Below are positions 10,076-22,648 of a DNA stretch of 40,476 nucleotides, piece after piece; the first letter of the stretch is position 1; every line of letters begins with the position of its first letter. Under the pieces are notes generated by a model, which saw only the letters and a list, made by a program, of their open reading frames with translations, was not told the DNA's origin and ran no database searches. Made by a program: the position numbers and the translations under genes. The stretch is from Reclinomonas americana ATCC 50394 (lineage: Eukaryota), in contig PS015458.1 of NCBI GenBank assembly GCA_048213135.1, positions 1 through 40,476 on the forward strand. The letters run 5' to 3'.

Positions 10076-13000
10076 TTATTTCGCACTCGGCACCAGCAAG
10101 AAGGAGCTGACGTAGCCGATGCCCTTGACTGCGCACAGCCCCCCCCCAAATTCGTGAGCAGACTCCCTCACATTACAGCTCCACCACCGTCTCTCACCTT
10201 CCACAGTCGACGCCTCCACCTCGAACAGTCCGCGGACGTGTCGATTCACCGACTGCACACATGGACGAGTGAGCGGTCACGAAAAGCAGCGAACTCTCCC
10301 CCTCACACCTGTTTCTTATCTCCCCCACTCACCTCGCTGAGTTGTATCCTGTTCATCGGCGCCGAGCTCTCCATGCGCGACGCCATGTTGACCGAGTCTG
10401 TTGCACGGCACCACCAGTAAGACAACAATTCATTCACCAAAAACAAACAACTGCTGACTTGACGACCACGTCCAACCATAGTACATCCTCACAACACCGG
10501 TCTTGTGGGCAGCGGAAGGTTTTCTTGTTCTTCTTGTTCTTGTTCTTGTTCTTCTTGTTCTTGTTCTTTTTCTATTCTTGTTCTTCTCCTCCTCCTCCTC
10601 CTCCTCCTCCTCCTCCTCCTCCTCCTCCCGTCCTCCTCCTCCTCTTCCTTCTCCTCCTTCTCCTTCTTCTTTCTTCCTCCTTCCTCTTCCGCCTCCTCAT
10701 TCTTCTCCTCCTCCTTCTTCTGCCCCCTCTCTCCCCCTCCCCCCTTCCTCTCTTTCTCACGCACCACCATACATGTCAAACGTGCGAATGAGACCCGCCA
10801 CAATGCCCGACGTCACTGGACCAGTGTTCAGACCCATACGGAAGTCAATCTCCAATTGATGCTGTGCGAGGCGACGATTTCAGCAGCTGGGCACACAACG
10901 CATCTGGTGCATCATGCTCACCTCGCGACACAGCTGCAAAATGGCGTGCCTGGCATCCAACGCAAACTCCACCATGGCCGTCGCATGATCATGTCGCGGA
11001 GCGTACATGCCCGAGACAGCAAGGTATGCCGATCCTGTGCGTCGAGTCTCGATTGAGAAGCGCGCGACACAGACCGTTGCGTACAGACAAAGGAGACTCA
11101 CCAATAGTCTTCACTCGCTCCACAAGGTGCTTGCGCACCAGTGCATCAAACGCACTCATCGCGAGGTGCAACACGTCGACTTTCTCACGCAGACTCACCA
11201 CTTCTGCGCTCAGGATAACAGAAAAAGGAGAGATCAGCAATGGCCGACACAAGCGGCAGCGAAAGCAAGACGAACCACGAGTGGAGGCGCGTCGCACAGA
11301 GACCACCTTGATGAACAAACAGGTGACCTCCTTGTGGAAATCACAGAATGTTGTCTGCTCATCGTCCGCTTGCTGTGCACGACGCAAGTGGTGAGTGTCC
11401 AAGGACAGCAATAGCTCAAAGATCATCACCAGGCACTCACCACATCCAGGATATCCCTTGCGGTGCTCATTGATTTCGCTGTCAGCTGCTCTAGTGCCGC
11501 GGCAGGGAACGACAGTCGAAGAAGCTGTGTTGCAAGGCAGATGAGCACGCAGAGCCGATGAACCACTCTCCTTTATCGATTGTCACACCTGCTGCAGTCG
11601 CTCGTTCGCCTCACGCTGCACATTGACACGCTGCGCCAGCAAGTGCAATTCCGAGACACGAACCAGCAGACTTGATTCTCCCTGGTCAGTGACCAGAATA
11701 CCGCGCACGAGCACACGGACGCTGTCCAACCGACCAACACACAGCTGTCAGCACTTTGTGTACATACACTGCAAAGCTACTATTACATGGAGACGCAACA
11801 GGTGACCATCCTTTCGCTGCACCTCGGCCTCCACTGTCGTCTCAGACATCAGCTCCGACCGCGTCATCGGTCGCAACATGTCCTCGACAGTCAATTGTTG
11901 AGAGCCTGCACTCGTGTCAGACAGGCATCTCCACATAATCTCACGCAACCAGCCAACTCACCGACAACCTCTTCGACCGAATACCCCAACACTCGCGTGA
12001 CCGACATGTTGCACCAGCGAATCCTGTCGTGCTCGTCGACCAACAATATCTGTGTGGGTCATAAATTGTGAGTTGTCCGTGCAGCCACACGAGCTCCACC
12101 CCCCCCCCCCCCTACTCTCTCCACGAAACTACATCGCTGCTCGTCGACAGCATGCCATTCATCCGGTCAATCCTCTCTTCGTAGTCGGCGCGCACCTCGG
12201 CCTCGTTCTTGTCGCTGTGCATGACGGCGCACAGGGAGCGTTGACCGCCAACCGTCACATCCGCCACATGGTACGCAATGGGGATCAGCGTGCCGTCCTT
12301 GCGCAGACCCTGGACCGCGCGGGCACTGAACGCACACAAGGATATGCGTCAAAAAGCAAGTTCCAGAATGCGAAGGGATGAGATGTAAAAAGCTGGAAGA
12401 CACCTTTGCAACCCGCTACGCTCATTGCGCGCCAAGTACGCTTCGACGTAGCTGTGTGAGCGTGTGAGAGAGTGAAGTCAATATACAGTCGCAAGATGCC
12501 TGCCATCATTGGCACGCAACGAGTGGTGGCGCTCCGAGTGCGGTGCCGGCATGAGCTGACGCACATTTCGACCGATCAACTCAGCCACGGTGGGATAGCC
12601 AAACAAGTCCAGCATCGCCTTGTTCACTTGCTGAATGGTGCCTGACGTGTCCGTCACAACCACCGCCTCCGGCATACTCGTCACCATCGACAGTGTCTGA
12701 TACATGGCCATGAGCGATCGGCTCTGAGTGGAACCAAAGACTGCGCGCACTCACCGTATCATGCATGCGACGCGCTTCGGCCTCCGCTGCCAGTGCCGCC
12801 CCACAATCTCGTAGCATGGCAGCGAAAAGAAGACGGCCGTCAACATGAATTTCCATCACAATCAGTCGAATGGGCACATCGTGACCCTGACGATGCTTCG
12901 CCTGTGGCGCGTATGCGGTGAGATACCATGAAAAAGAGAACTTTTCTGACACATCATTGCTTACCACAGTGGTACGCTCCAAGCGGAAAGACGAGCGTGT

Positions 13001-16000
13001 CGTCGAAGTGTTGACCTGCTGCAGCAATCGGCTCATGTAAACGTCGTGCGCAGCGTGAATGTGTGGCGGAATGATGGTCTGCGATTCGTGTCACGGAGAG
13101 TGAGAATTGATGGCATCACCACCAATGAGCCGTTGTGTGCAGTACCTTGACACTTGAGCCGACGATTTCGTCGGACGTGTAACCAAGCATGCGGGTAAAT
13201 GTCTTGTTCACAGACTCAACTGTGAGATCCTCCGTGGCGATAACCATTCCGAAACCTATCGCAGATGTCAGAAACAAAACTGGAGAGAGCACAAAGCGAG
13301 AATGATCAAAAAAACGCAACTTTGTGTCAATTCTTTCAACATGTGCTCGCTCTCGTTCAGCTTCTGATTCAGCGTAATCGACACCAGCAGCGACTCTGAC
13401 GAAGGTGCGCACGTCAGTGATGTGCGCATAAAAAAACAGGAAGTGGTGGTCACTTGGAGCGCAACGAGGAAGCAGTGACTGCTGCAATTCGGGAACCAAG
13501 CTGATGACATCCACAGACAGTCCTGCAATGACTCCACGGAGGAAGCGCAGCTCCAGATCACAAGTGCGAAGCAGTGGTGCAATCAACAGCCAGGATCCGA
13601 GAGCGGCCACCACGAGACCGAGTCCCAGCAGAATCTGACCGCCGACGACGAGTTTTGTCATGTAGTCTTCGTAGGTGCCACTGTATAGCTGCATGTAGCG
13701 AGTCAGAATGTATGGCACTAGATATCGACAAGATAATAACTCACTTCCGCTGACTCATCAAAGAGAGCATGCACAACTGGCTGAGCGGCCAACAGGAACT
13801 CCATTGAATCCATTTCCGCACTCGTCACGGGAGGCCCGCGCTCAGCCACAGCGAGACCGGTGGCAATCATTTTCTCAACCTGTTCACATGCACGATGCGT
13901 GAGATGGTGACAGTGACGGAGTAAAGCACACAGGCGACAAACTTACCAACGACTCAATCGGCGCGCAATCCACATCGACCCGCCACACTGGAGTCACATT
14001 GCCGCCGCGCTCATCAACCCGGCAGCGCGCACCATACAACATCGAGTGCTGCAAGGCATCATCTGTCGACGAGAAGCCGCTGCTGTCGATCACTCCAAGA
14101 ACGGCCCTTGCATCGTTACTTGCCTGATGCGCGGGTGTCAAAACGATGAACGACGATGCNNNNNNNNNNNNNNNNNNNNNNNNNNNNNNNNNNNNNNNNN
14201 NNNNNNNNNNNNNNNNNNNNNNNNNNNNNNNNNNNNNNNNNNNNNNNNNNNNNNNNNNNNNNNNNNNNNNNNNNNNNNNNNNNNNNNNNNNNNNNNNNNN
14301 NNNNNNNNNNNNNNNNNNNNNNNNNNNNNNNNNNNNNNNNNNNNNNNNNNNNNNNNNNNNNNNNNNNNNNNNNNNNNNNNNNNNNNNNNNNNNNNNNNNN
14401 NNNNNNNNNNNNNNNNNNNNNNNNNNNNNNNNNNNNNNNNNNNNNNNNNNNNNNNNNNNNNNCGCGTGCCTCGGTGTTCAAATACATCCAGAACAGAGTG
14501 CGCAACATTTCGGTCACTCTCCGACATGTCGAGATATGTGAGGTACTGCTGCTGCAGCTTGAGACGCATGGCGGCAGCTTCCTTCTTTGGCACAAGCCGA
14601 CACGTCACCAGTCCGTCGCGCAGTCTGCGGCGCACCATGAACAGCGCCGGCACGAAGAGGCAGACGAGGAAACCAACGGCGAAACTGCATGGTAGAAGTC
14701 AAATAGTTAGCAACGTTGCTGAACAGTCGCAACATGCGGAGTAGCAAGCAGAAACGCACCCAGCAGCCACGCCCACATACACCCACAGCAGAGAACTCGC
14801 GTTCGCCGCTTCCTCGATTGTTTGGTCAATCATGTCGTTGCACACTTCCAGCCATGCGCTCCGTGCTCGCAGGCTGTTGCGTCCGGCACTCTCGATGAAT
14901 GCCGGCTGCCGCAAAGCAGGGGTACCCGCTTGCGCAAGAGAACGTGAGGCATACAGCTGCATCGAGAGCCGTATCAGTGTTTGCACAGCGAAGGTGCACT
15001 CATGAAGCAGCAGCGGGTACCGACCGTCAGAGAATCACTGTGATTCACAATCACATCCAGGCTGTGCTTCGGTCGCACCACCATGTTGACCTTGGGCACC
15101 TCGAACTGCGCCTCGAAGACATTCTGCATGGCGGCCTCGCTGTCCAACCAGCTCCAGTCGGAGTGCAGGACTGCAAGGGCATGGTGCGACGTGGTAATGT
15201 TGGTGAGGATGCGATCTCGAAAGACATCGACTCGCGCGCCGAACGAGGACGGCGAGTCCTGCTTGGCGTACTCGTGCATCTGCAGCGCCGAGAGGCTGGC
15301 CAATGTCGCATCGATGCTACACACCGAGAACACAAACGCGGTCAGATAATGCCATATACAGCACATGAGCGCCGACCGTCCACACCTGGCATCGACAACA
15401 ATCTCGAAAATTGTGCGCCTGCCGAGCGTATCTTGCACAGTGGTGATTGTCAGGACGCCGACAAAGATGAGCACAACACAGAGAGCACCAGCGGTAAGCA
15501 GCAGGGCCCAGTTGGCTCGAGTCACTGCCACAATCTGTGAATGGGGGAAAGGGGGAGAAAAAACTGTTGGTCACCAACGAACAATCGCACACACAGTACA
15601 ATGAGTGTGACTGAAACCTTTTCGGCGGCAATGATGCGCCTGACAGTGCTCGAGTTGGAGTATTCACTGGCGGCAAAAGACTTGGAGTGACACGAGGCAC
15701 TGCAACGAACGGTCAGTATAGATTGCATCATGAGAGGCATTCTTTTGACTCACCTGTCTCCGTTGGACGACGCACAGCGACTGCCCGAATCGCTTCCACG
15801 GCCTCGAGCGTCTCGATTGGGAACTATCTCGCAAAGTGCAAATGTTAGCGAGCGCCACACTAATTGGATGTAGATAGACGCAACTCTGAGGGACGATGCG
15901 AACACTCGACTTCATGTTTGCGTGCTGCGCAACGAGAGCGAGTGAGCGACACATCAGCACCAAGTTATAACCCAGGTGACCGACCTTGGAAGCCGTACGC

Positions 16001-18599
16001 TTCTTCAAGCAAGTAGACTTCAATGAAGGCAGGCTGGCATCGTCCTTTGTGACTGGGATGTTGGCCGTGGGTTGACGTGTCACCTTGACCGTGTCCTCTT
16101 CCTCGTCAGGCATCTCCACCGACGACACAGAAGACTGCGACGACTGGTCTGCTCCGCAGTCTGCAACAGCGACATCGCCTTCAGTACGCGCACGAAGACG
16201 CAGCGTGGTGCCTCCTCACCAAAGTCATCGTCGCCGTCGTCATCCTGGATATCGAGCTTTGAATTGAGCTTCCCGAAAGAGCTGCCAACTTGGTCGTCAC
16301 CATGGAGCATTGCGTGCAAGTGCTGCGGAAATGATGAGAGCGTGTGGCGAAAAACGGGAAGACGGGGCGGCGATCATGCAGACCTGCACAGTTTCCAGAA
16401 GAGAGAACTCGCGCTCGGCATCGCTCGCTCGCGATCGATTGGCGCCCTCGGCCTCCACGCTGTCAGCCAGTTCATCCAGAAAACGACCTCGTCTAGCATC
16501 GCCCTTGATGTCGGTCACATACTGCACGCAATGCGCGGTTGAGCAACTCAACATGCTGGGTGCAAAAAGACGCTTGGGCTGACCATCGAGTAGAGCGAGA
16601 TGAGCTTGAAGTCCGTTGGATAGTCCTCCAGAATGGACTTGAATAGCCGGTCCGTGACGTCCTCGCGTTCGTGCAGTGTGAGCAGCAGGGAAAGTAGCTT
16701 GGCATCTGCTCACCATAATTGATGAGGGAGAGAGAGGCATTTCACAGCGAGCTATCAGCACACAGTCGGCCAACCTTGACGATGAGCCGCAGACTCCAGT
16801 TCTCTCCACACGGCGATCGACAGTGAATAGCACTTGCACATCTCCTGATGCAACGCCGCCACGCGCTCCTTGTACAACACCTCGGCATATTTCCGGTCGT
16901 CGCCGGTCGTCAGCCGAGCACCCAGAGACCACACCACCTGCTCCAAGTCGAGGGGCAAGCATTGATTGGCCTCGTGGACGGCTGTCACGTGGGCCACCAG
17001 AGATCGCGTCTGCTCCAATTCCTCTCCGTACTCGCACAGGTAGAGAGCGTGCAGCAGTGGGACCAGGAGGCTTGTCGGTGCATCCGAGGTGGAGAAGCGA
17101 AGGGTGCCTGTGGTGAACAGGGAAGAGCACAGGAATGTGAGGAGAGGGGCAATGGTGAGAAGGGTAGAGTTGTGAAACTGAAGCATCGGTGTGCGGCTAC
17201 GATGAGGAGAGGCAAGACAGACGGAGAGTGGGGAAAGGGAAAGGGAGAGAGAAGAAAGAGGGAAGAGGGAGAACGGAAGAGAGACGAAAGAATGAAGAAA
17301 TGGTGGCGAGGAGGAGAGGAGTGGAGAGGAGGAGAGGGGATAGAGAAGAGAGAGAAGGAGCTTGACAGACGCACAGACACGTATCCGCGAACATGCAGCG
17401 AAAGAGATAGCACGACACAAAGAAGAGACTGCACAGCGCAAGCACTCGAAGAGGGATACTCTTTCACGGCATAGGGAAGACAAAGAGAGAAGAAAAAGAA
17501 CACTGCATCACCAAGGAGCCGACACGCACCGAGCTCAAACAAGTCAATGGCTCGAGCCCACGGTTCAGGAGTTTTGGCTGATGGAAGGCGCGCGGCAATC
17601 TCCACCGCCCACGCACTCGGGAATAGGCGCGTCAAGTCGTCAGAGCCGTCTGCTCGACGACTGCCTCTGTCGCTCGCCGCACTGCTGGATCCACTCTGCG
17701 CAAGCGTGTGTGTGTTCCGTGAGGAGAATGCAGTGCACCCTTGCAGAATAAGATACAAACCATGAACCGCTCAGTCGGCGACGCCACTGTCAGCCGACTG
17801 CTACTCTTGCCAGCCGCCAACGTCGCATCGCCGTCTGCAAAACGATCGATTGCGTCGCCGATTTGCCGCTGTCGCCAGCGATGCAGCAGCCACCCGACGC
17901 ACCAACCCACCAGCAGGCTGCCACCAATCACCGCCAGTGACATCCACCACGCACTTGCCCCGATAACAGACAACGTGCCCGCGGCGACAGCAGCACACAG
18001 CATGGCCACGCACCACGCCACAGAGGCGTGACAGGCCATGGGCACTGAGAAGGGCAGGAAACGCAGTGCTCCGTACAAGAGAAGCGCTCCGGCAGCCGCA
18101 CCAACGCCGGCATGCAGCAGAGGCATCGTGTGCGCGGCATATGTGTGTGTGGCAGCGAGGAGGATGCGCATGATGTTGAGGGTGGCGAAGAAGCGGCCGG
18201 AGAGGATGCCGGCCGACCACAAGCGCGAGGCCGGTCCAAAGGGCATCGAGCTGAGAGGCGGAAGAGGTTGAGAGAGGGAGAGAGAGAGAGAGAGACGAGG
18301 GAGAGAGAGGGAGAGAGAGGGAGAGAGAGGGAGGGAGAGGGAGAGAGAGGGAGAGAGAGAGGAGGAGAGAGAGGAGAGAGAGGAGAGAGGAGGGAGGAAC
18401 GAGAACGAATTGTAGAGACGGGCGTTCTACTGCAGCTGTTGTCAGCACTCTCTCTCTCTCTCTTCCTCTCTCTCCTCTCTCTCTCTCTCTCTTCTCCCTC
18501 TCTCTCTTTCTCTCTCTCCGCTCACCTATTCTTCATATCATCCAGCGATTGTTGCGCCACTCGACCGCGCTCTGTGCGTTTGCCTCGTCGGAACAACAT
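10076..18599 (-). CDS. TmcB/TmcC-like membrane protein with TPR, multiple TM helices, three PAS domains and a C-terminal class III (adenylyl-type) cyclase domain
   Basis: More than 25 introns and one gap. N-terminal TM helices (~18246-17880). TmcB-type TPR: AIDLFELGTLRF...LLHALYLCEY and FKSILEDYPTDFKLISLYSMYVTDIKGD. Further TM helices follow. PAS domains: VNKTFTRMLGYTSDEIVG, VNKAMLDLFGYPTVAELIGRNVRQLMP, CNMSVTRVLGYSVEEVVG. Cyclase: EVTCLFIKVV, FDALVRKHLVERVKTIGSAYLAVSG, RMGLNTGPV, FDMYGDSVNMASRMESS, EVKGIG. Stop TAA at 10076. Start at 18599 is tentative. Confidence 0.87.
10520..10756. repeat. Intronic (TTCTTG)n/(CCT)n low-complexity tract
   Basis: Lies between the FDMYG exon and the DSVNMASR exon of the cyclase gene. 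Confidence 0.9.
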
Positions 18600-19050
18600 G
18601 ACAAACAACAGACACACACACACAGACACACTTACACACCATCCTGTGTCAACTTCTCAAAGTATTCCACTTGCTATTGAGCGATCGAGAGTGAGCGCAA
18701 GTGTGAGAGAGAGAGAGAGAGTCAGTGAGTGTGCCATAAGAAAAAAAAAGCGAATTGCATGTGCGTGCACACCTTGCGCAAACGATCAATCTCCGCCTCC
18801 TTTTGTGCAAGCACACGCTGCAAAACGCGATTCTCCTCTTCCACAGCAAACATCGACATTCCCACTCACTCTCACAAACACACACAAACACAAAGGGACA
18901 GACGGGGACAGAGTGAGCACTGTCCCGCACTGTCCACACAAAAAAGTTGGAATGCTTTGAGCTGCTCTGTGTGTGTGCACGGCCTTTCTTGCTGCACTGT
19001 GCGTGTGTGTGTGTGGCGTTCAACCCTTCGCTTGCACACTCAGCGACCAT

Positions 19051-19382
19051 AGTGGACAATGGACAATTCTCGATTGTCCATTTTCGAGACGATCGCAGTG
19101 GGCTCTTCTCTTCGTTTTTTCTCACACACACGCACACGCATGCACATACATACTCTCCCTCGCACTGAGCACGGCGTAACGCATCTTCGCCCGTGATCAA
19201 AGTGGACTGTGCTCGCTCTGTCCATTGTCCACTGTCGAGATGTTCTCTCTTTCCCCTTTTCTCTCTAACACACGCGCATGCACATATACTCTCTCTCGCA
19301 CTGCGCACGGCAAAACGCATTCAACTCTGCCCACTTTCACTGTGATCAAAGTGCTCGCTCTGTCCATTGTCCACTTTCGACA
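19051..19382. promoter_or_regulatory. Duplicated upstream segment carrying repeated TGTCCATTGTCCACT motif (candidate bidirectional promoter)
   Basis: TGTCCATTGTCCACT at 19219 and 19361, with an inverted copy AGTGGACAATGGACA at 19051. The segment is an imperfect ~140-bp tandem duplication ending a few nt before the PAP ATG. Regulatory role is inferred from position only. Confidence 0.45.
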
Positions 19383-19386
19383 AAAC

Positions 19387-22376
19387 ATGTATGGCGGTGA
19401 GCTCGCCTTCTCTTTACTCTCTGCTTCTCTCTCTCTCTCTTACTCATTTATCCAGAGCCCATTTCGTTGACTGAGCCGACTGCCGCCGACGAGGCGGCCT
19501 CTGCGGAGTTAGATGCGCTTTTGCACGACTTTCAACTGTACGAGTCAGAGGAGGAGTCATTGCTGAGACAGCGAGTTTCGTCTTTCTTTCTCTTTCTCTC
19601 TGTGTGTGTCTGTCTGCTTACACAGAGCATGCACGCAAGGTCATTGGAGATCTGGAGCAATGCGCATGTGAATGGGTGGAGTCATGTGCGCGCGCAAAGG
19701 GTCTCTCTTCCGCAGGTGGCACTGCGCGAATGGTGCCATTTGGATCGTACGCACTGGGTGTGCATGGAAGCGGCTCAGACATTGACGCGTTGCGTGACGA
19801 AAGAGAAAAAAACGGAGGCAAAATCCGTTACGTAATCATCATTCATACGTGCATGCATGCGTGCAGTGTGGTCATTGCGCCGACGTGTGTGACACGTGGC
19901 GACTTCTTCTCGTCGTTTGTGGATGCACTGGCCGCGCGTGCAGATGTCGCAGAGTTGACGGTTTGCCATGCATTTTAAAGATCAAGTCTCATTCTCTCCT
20001 TCCTCTGTGTGTTTGTCTTGAGTGTGTCTCGTACTCTATTTCTTTCCCTGTTTGTGTGGTTCTCTCACTTCTCTCTCCCTGCCGTTTTTCTCCCTGTGTC
20101 TCGTGCTCTCCTTCTGACTGCTCTCTCTCTCTCTGTTGACATGCACGACAGCCTGTTCCCGATGCGTACGTGCCTGTGATCAAGTTCCGCTGTCGAGGAG
20201 TGCCCGTGGATCTGCTCTTTGCGGCGGTGGCATCGGCGCCGCAGCCGGGCGTCGAGTGGGATGTGTTGGATGAGAATCACTTGCGCGGTGTCGATGAGCA
20301 GACGCAGAGATCGTTGAATGGTCCGCGTGTGGCGGCCGAGTTCTTTCGTTTGGTGCCGCGCATCGAGCCGTTTCGTGTCACGTTGCGGGCGGTCAAGTTG
20401 TGGGCGCGCAGTTGCGGGCGTGCGATGCAGCGTTGTGCAAGCGGTTGCCTCTTATTTTTTTCGTTTCTGACAGGGCGTGGCGTGTATTCGAATATTCTTG
20501 GCTTCTTTGGTGGCGTGACGCTGGCGCTGCTCGTCGCGCGGGTGTGTCAGCTGTACCCCAAGGCGCTGCCCAACGTGCTCATTCGCCGGTGAGAGCACGC
20601 AAGCAACTCTATTTCTCACCGCCTCTCCTTGTGCCTACTCATGGCACTCTTTCCCTCTCTTCTCCCTGTTCCCCCTTCTCGCTTCCCCTGTCCCTTCCCC
20701 TTCTCTTCCCCCTCTCTTCCCCTCTCTCCCCCTTCTCTTCCCCCTTCTCTTCCCCTTTCTGCTCCCCTTTCTCTTCCGTTCCCGTCTCCTCCTCTCTCCT
20801 TCCCCTCCTTCCCCACTCTTCCCCCTCTCTCTCCCCCTTCCCCCTGCCTTCCCCCTTCTCCTCCCCCTCTCTTCTCCCTGTTCCCCCTTCTCGCTTCCCC
20901 TTCTCTTCCCCTCTCTTCCCCTCTCTTCCCCTCCTTCCCCTCCTTCCCCCTCCTTCTCTTCCCCCTCCTCTCCCCCTTTCCCCTCTTTCCCCCTCTTTCC
21001 CCCTCGTTCCCCCTCGTTCCCCCTCCTTCCCCCTCGTTCCCCCTCCTTCCCCCTCGTTCCCCTCCTTCCCCTCTTTCCCCTCCTTNNNNNNNNNNNNNNN
21101 NNNNNNNNNNNNNNNNNNNNNNNNNNNNNNNNNNNNNNNNNNNNNNNNNNNNNNNNNNNNNNNNNNNNNNNNNNNNNNNNNNNNNNNNNNNNNNNNNNNN
21201 NNNNNNNNNNNNNNNNNNNNNNNNNNNNNNNNNNNNNNNNNNNNNNNNNNNNNNNNNNNNNNNNNGCCATGAACTCCACCTACAACATTTCGCAAACCAC
21301 GTGGTCGATCATTCGCGAAGAGGTGCGCGCACGCCAAGTGGTGTGGCGTGTCTCACCTCGCTCTCTCACCCCCAAGCGCGCGCGCGGCACAGCTTGTTCG
21401 CGGCGATGAAGTGTGTACTGCCATGGACCGAAAGGAGCGGACGTGGAGTGATTTGTTTGCCGAGTATCCGTTCTTTTCGCGCTTCCGTCGCTACTTGCAG
21501 ATCGAGGTGGCCTCGCGGGAGTCCGCCGATCATGTTCGATGGTTCGTGTGTGCCCGCTCATGTCCAATTAGCGTGCCCTCTCAACGATCCCCTGCACTCG
21601 ACAGGGTTGGCGCGGTGGAGTCCAAGTTGCGCCTGCTGGTGGGTCAGCTGGCGGACAGCGCACCCAGCCTGGTGATCCGACCGTGGCCCAACTCGTATGC
21701 CGTGGCGGCGACTGGCGCCGAGTCGCCGACGCAGCTGCGGACGCACTTTTATTTCGGCCTCGATCTTTCACAGGCGGTGCGGTGTTCTTTTCATTTGTGC
21801 CGGTCGTTCGTCCTCCGACTTATTCATACTGCAAGCAGTCCTCGTCTCGCGTGTTTGATCTCACGTTTGTGACAACCTCGTTTCTGACGGATGTGATTCA
21901 CGGATCGCACATGACACGCACGGCGGCCATGCTTCGACCCTCGATCCGCGCAATTCATCGGTGCCGCCTCCCCTGCCCTTCGATGCCCCTGCACCACACA
22001 CCACTTTCTCCGTGTTGCGTCGTCTGTGTTGACGTTGTGCGTTGCTGTGCAGACGTGAATTGCCCTCGTCGCTGTCGTGCATCAAGCGATCGTCGTCGGC
22101 TCTCGACATGGAGGCAGAGGCAGAGGCGGAGACGGAGAGGGAGAGAAGTGAGGAGACGACGACGACGACGACAGAGGGGATGTCTCGTAGCAACGAGTCG
22201 GAGCCGCCACTCAAGCGCCGCGCGCCAACACTGCCTGCACGCACCGCTTCATCGGCCTCCGGTACCGCTCTCCACACCCGTGCATGTCACGCCCACCTCC
22301 CGTGCGTGTGAGACGACTGATTGTGTTGTTGTTGCTGCTGTGTTGCTGCTGTGCAGTGTCGGCTGCCGCCACCTGA
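19387..22376 (+). CDS. PAP: Canonical nuclear poly(A) polymerase
   Basis: Spliced product: MYGEPISLTEPT...[114 protein letters not shown]. All three catalytic Asp are present. One exon region lies in gap 21086-21265; the last exon is tentative. Confidence 0.97.
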
Positions 22377-22648
22377 TCCGCGACGACGAGGACTCAAGAA
22401 GTATGTGCAGGTTACTAGCTAGCCATATATAGTTTCGTGAGTGAGGTAGCGAGACGGAAGAGCTGGCCAGTGGCACGGCACTGGGAAGCGGGAAAGTGGC
22501 AACGATCCACACTTTCGCCTCTCGGAGAGAGAAAGACCGGCACTTGCGCACACGGTATTGCATGAGAAGTGCGAGTGGTGAGAGGAGAGCAGAGCGCCTT
22601 CAGTAAACACACACGCACGTACATTTCAATCTCCCGTCGCCGTTCGTT

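Noticed and set aside
10489-10860. Poly-Arg/Glu/Pro/Ser/Leu ORFs here and at 18270-18520, 20630-21085, 23230-23470 and 24230-24760
   Set aside because: These are translations of intronic microsatellites. The flanking exons join in frame without them.
14110-14130. Possible GC-AG donor (CAG|GCAAGT) on the minus strand
   Set aside because: Another frame runs open through it to a normal GTAAGT donor near 13946, so no intron is needed.
17461-17529. Apparent GT-TG intron giving ELAVKEYPSS in the TmcB-like gene
   Set aside because: Splicing the 17529 donor to the CAG near 17128 gives ELGTLRF...LHALYLCEY, a good TPR match with canonical ends.
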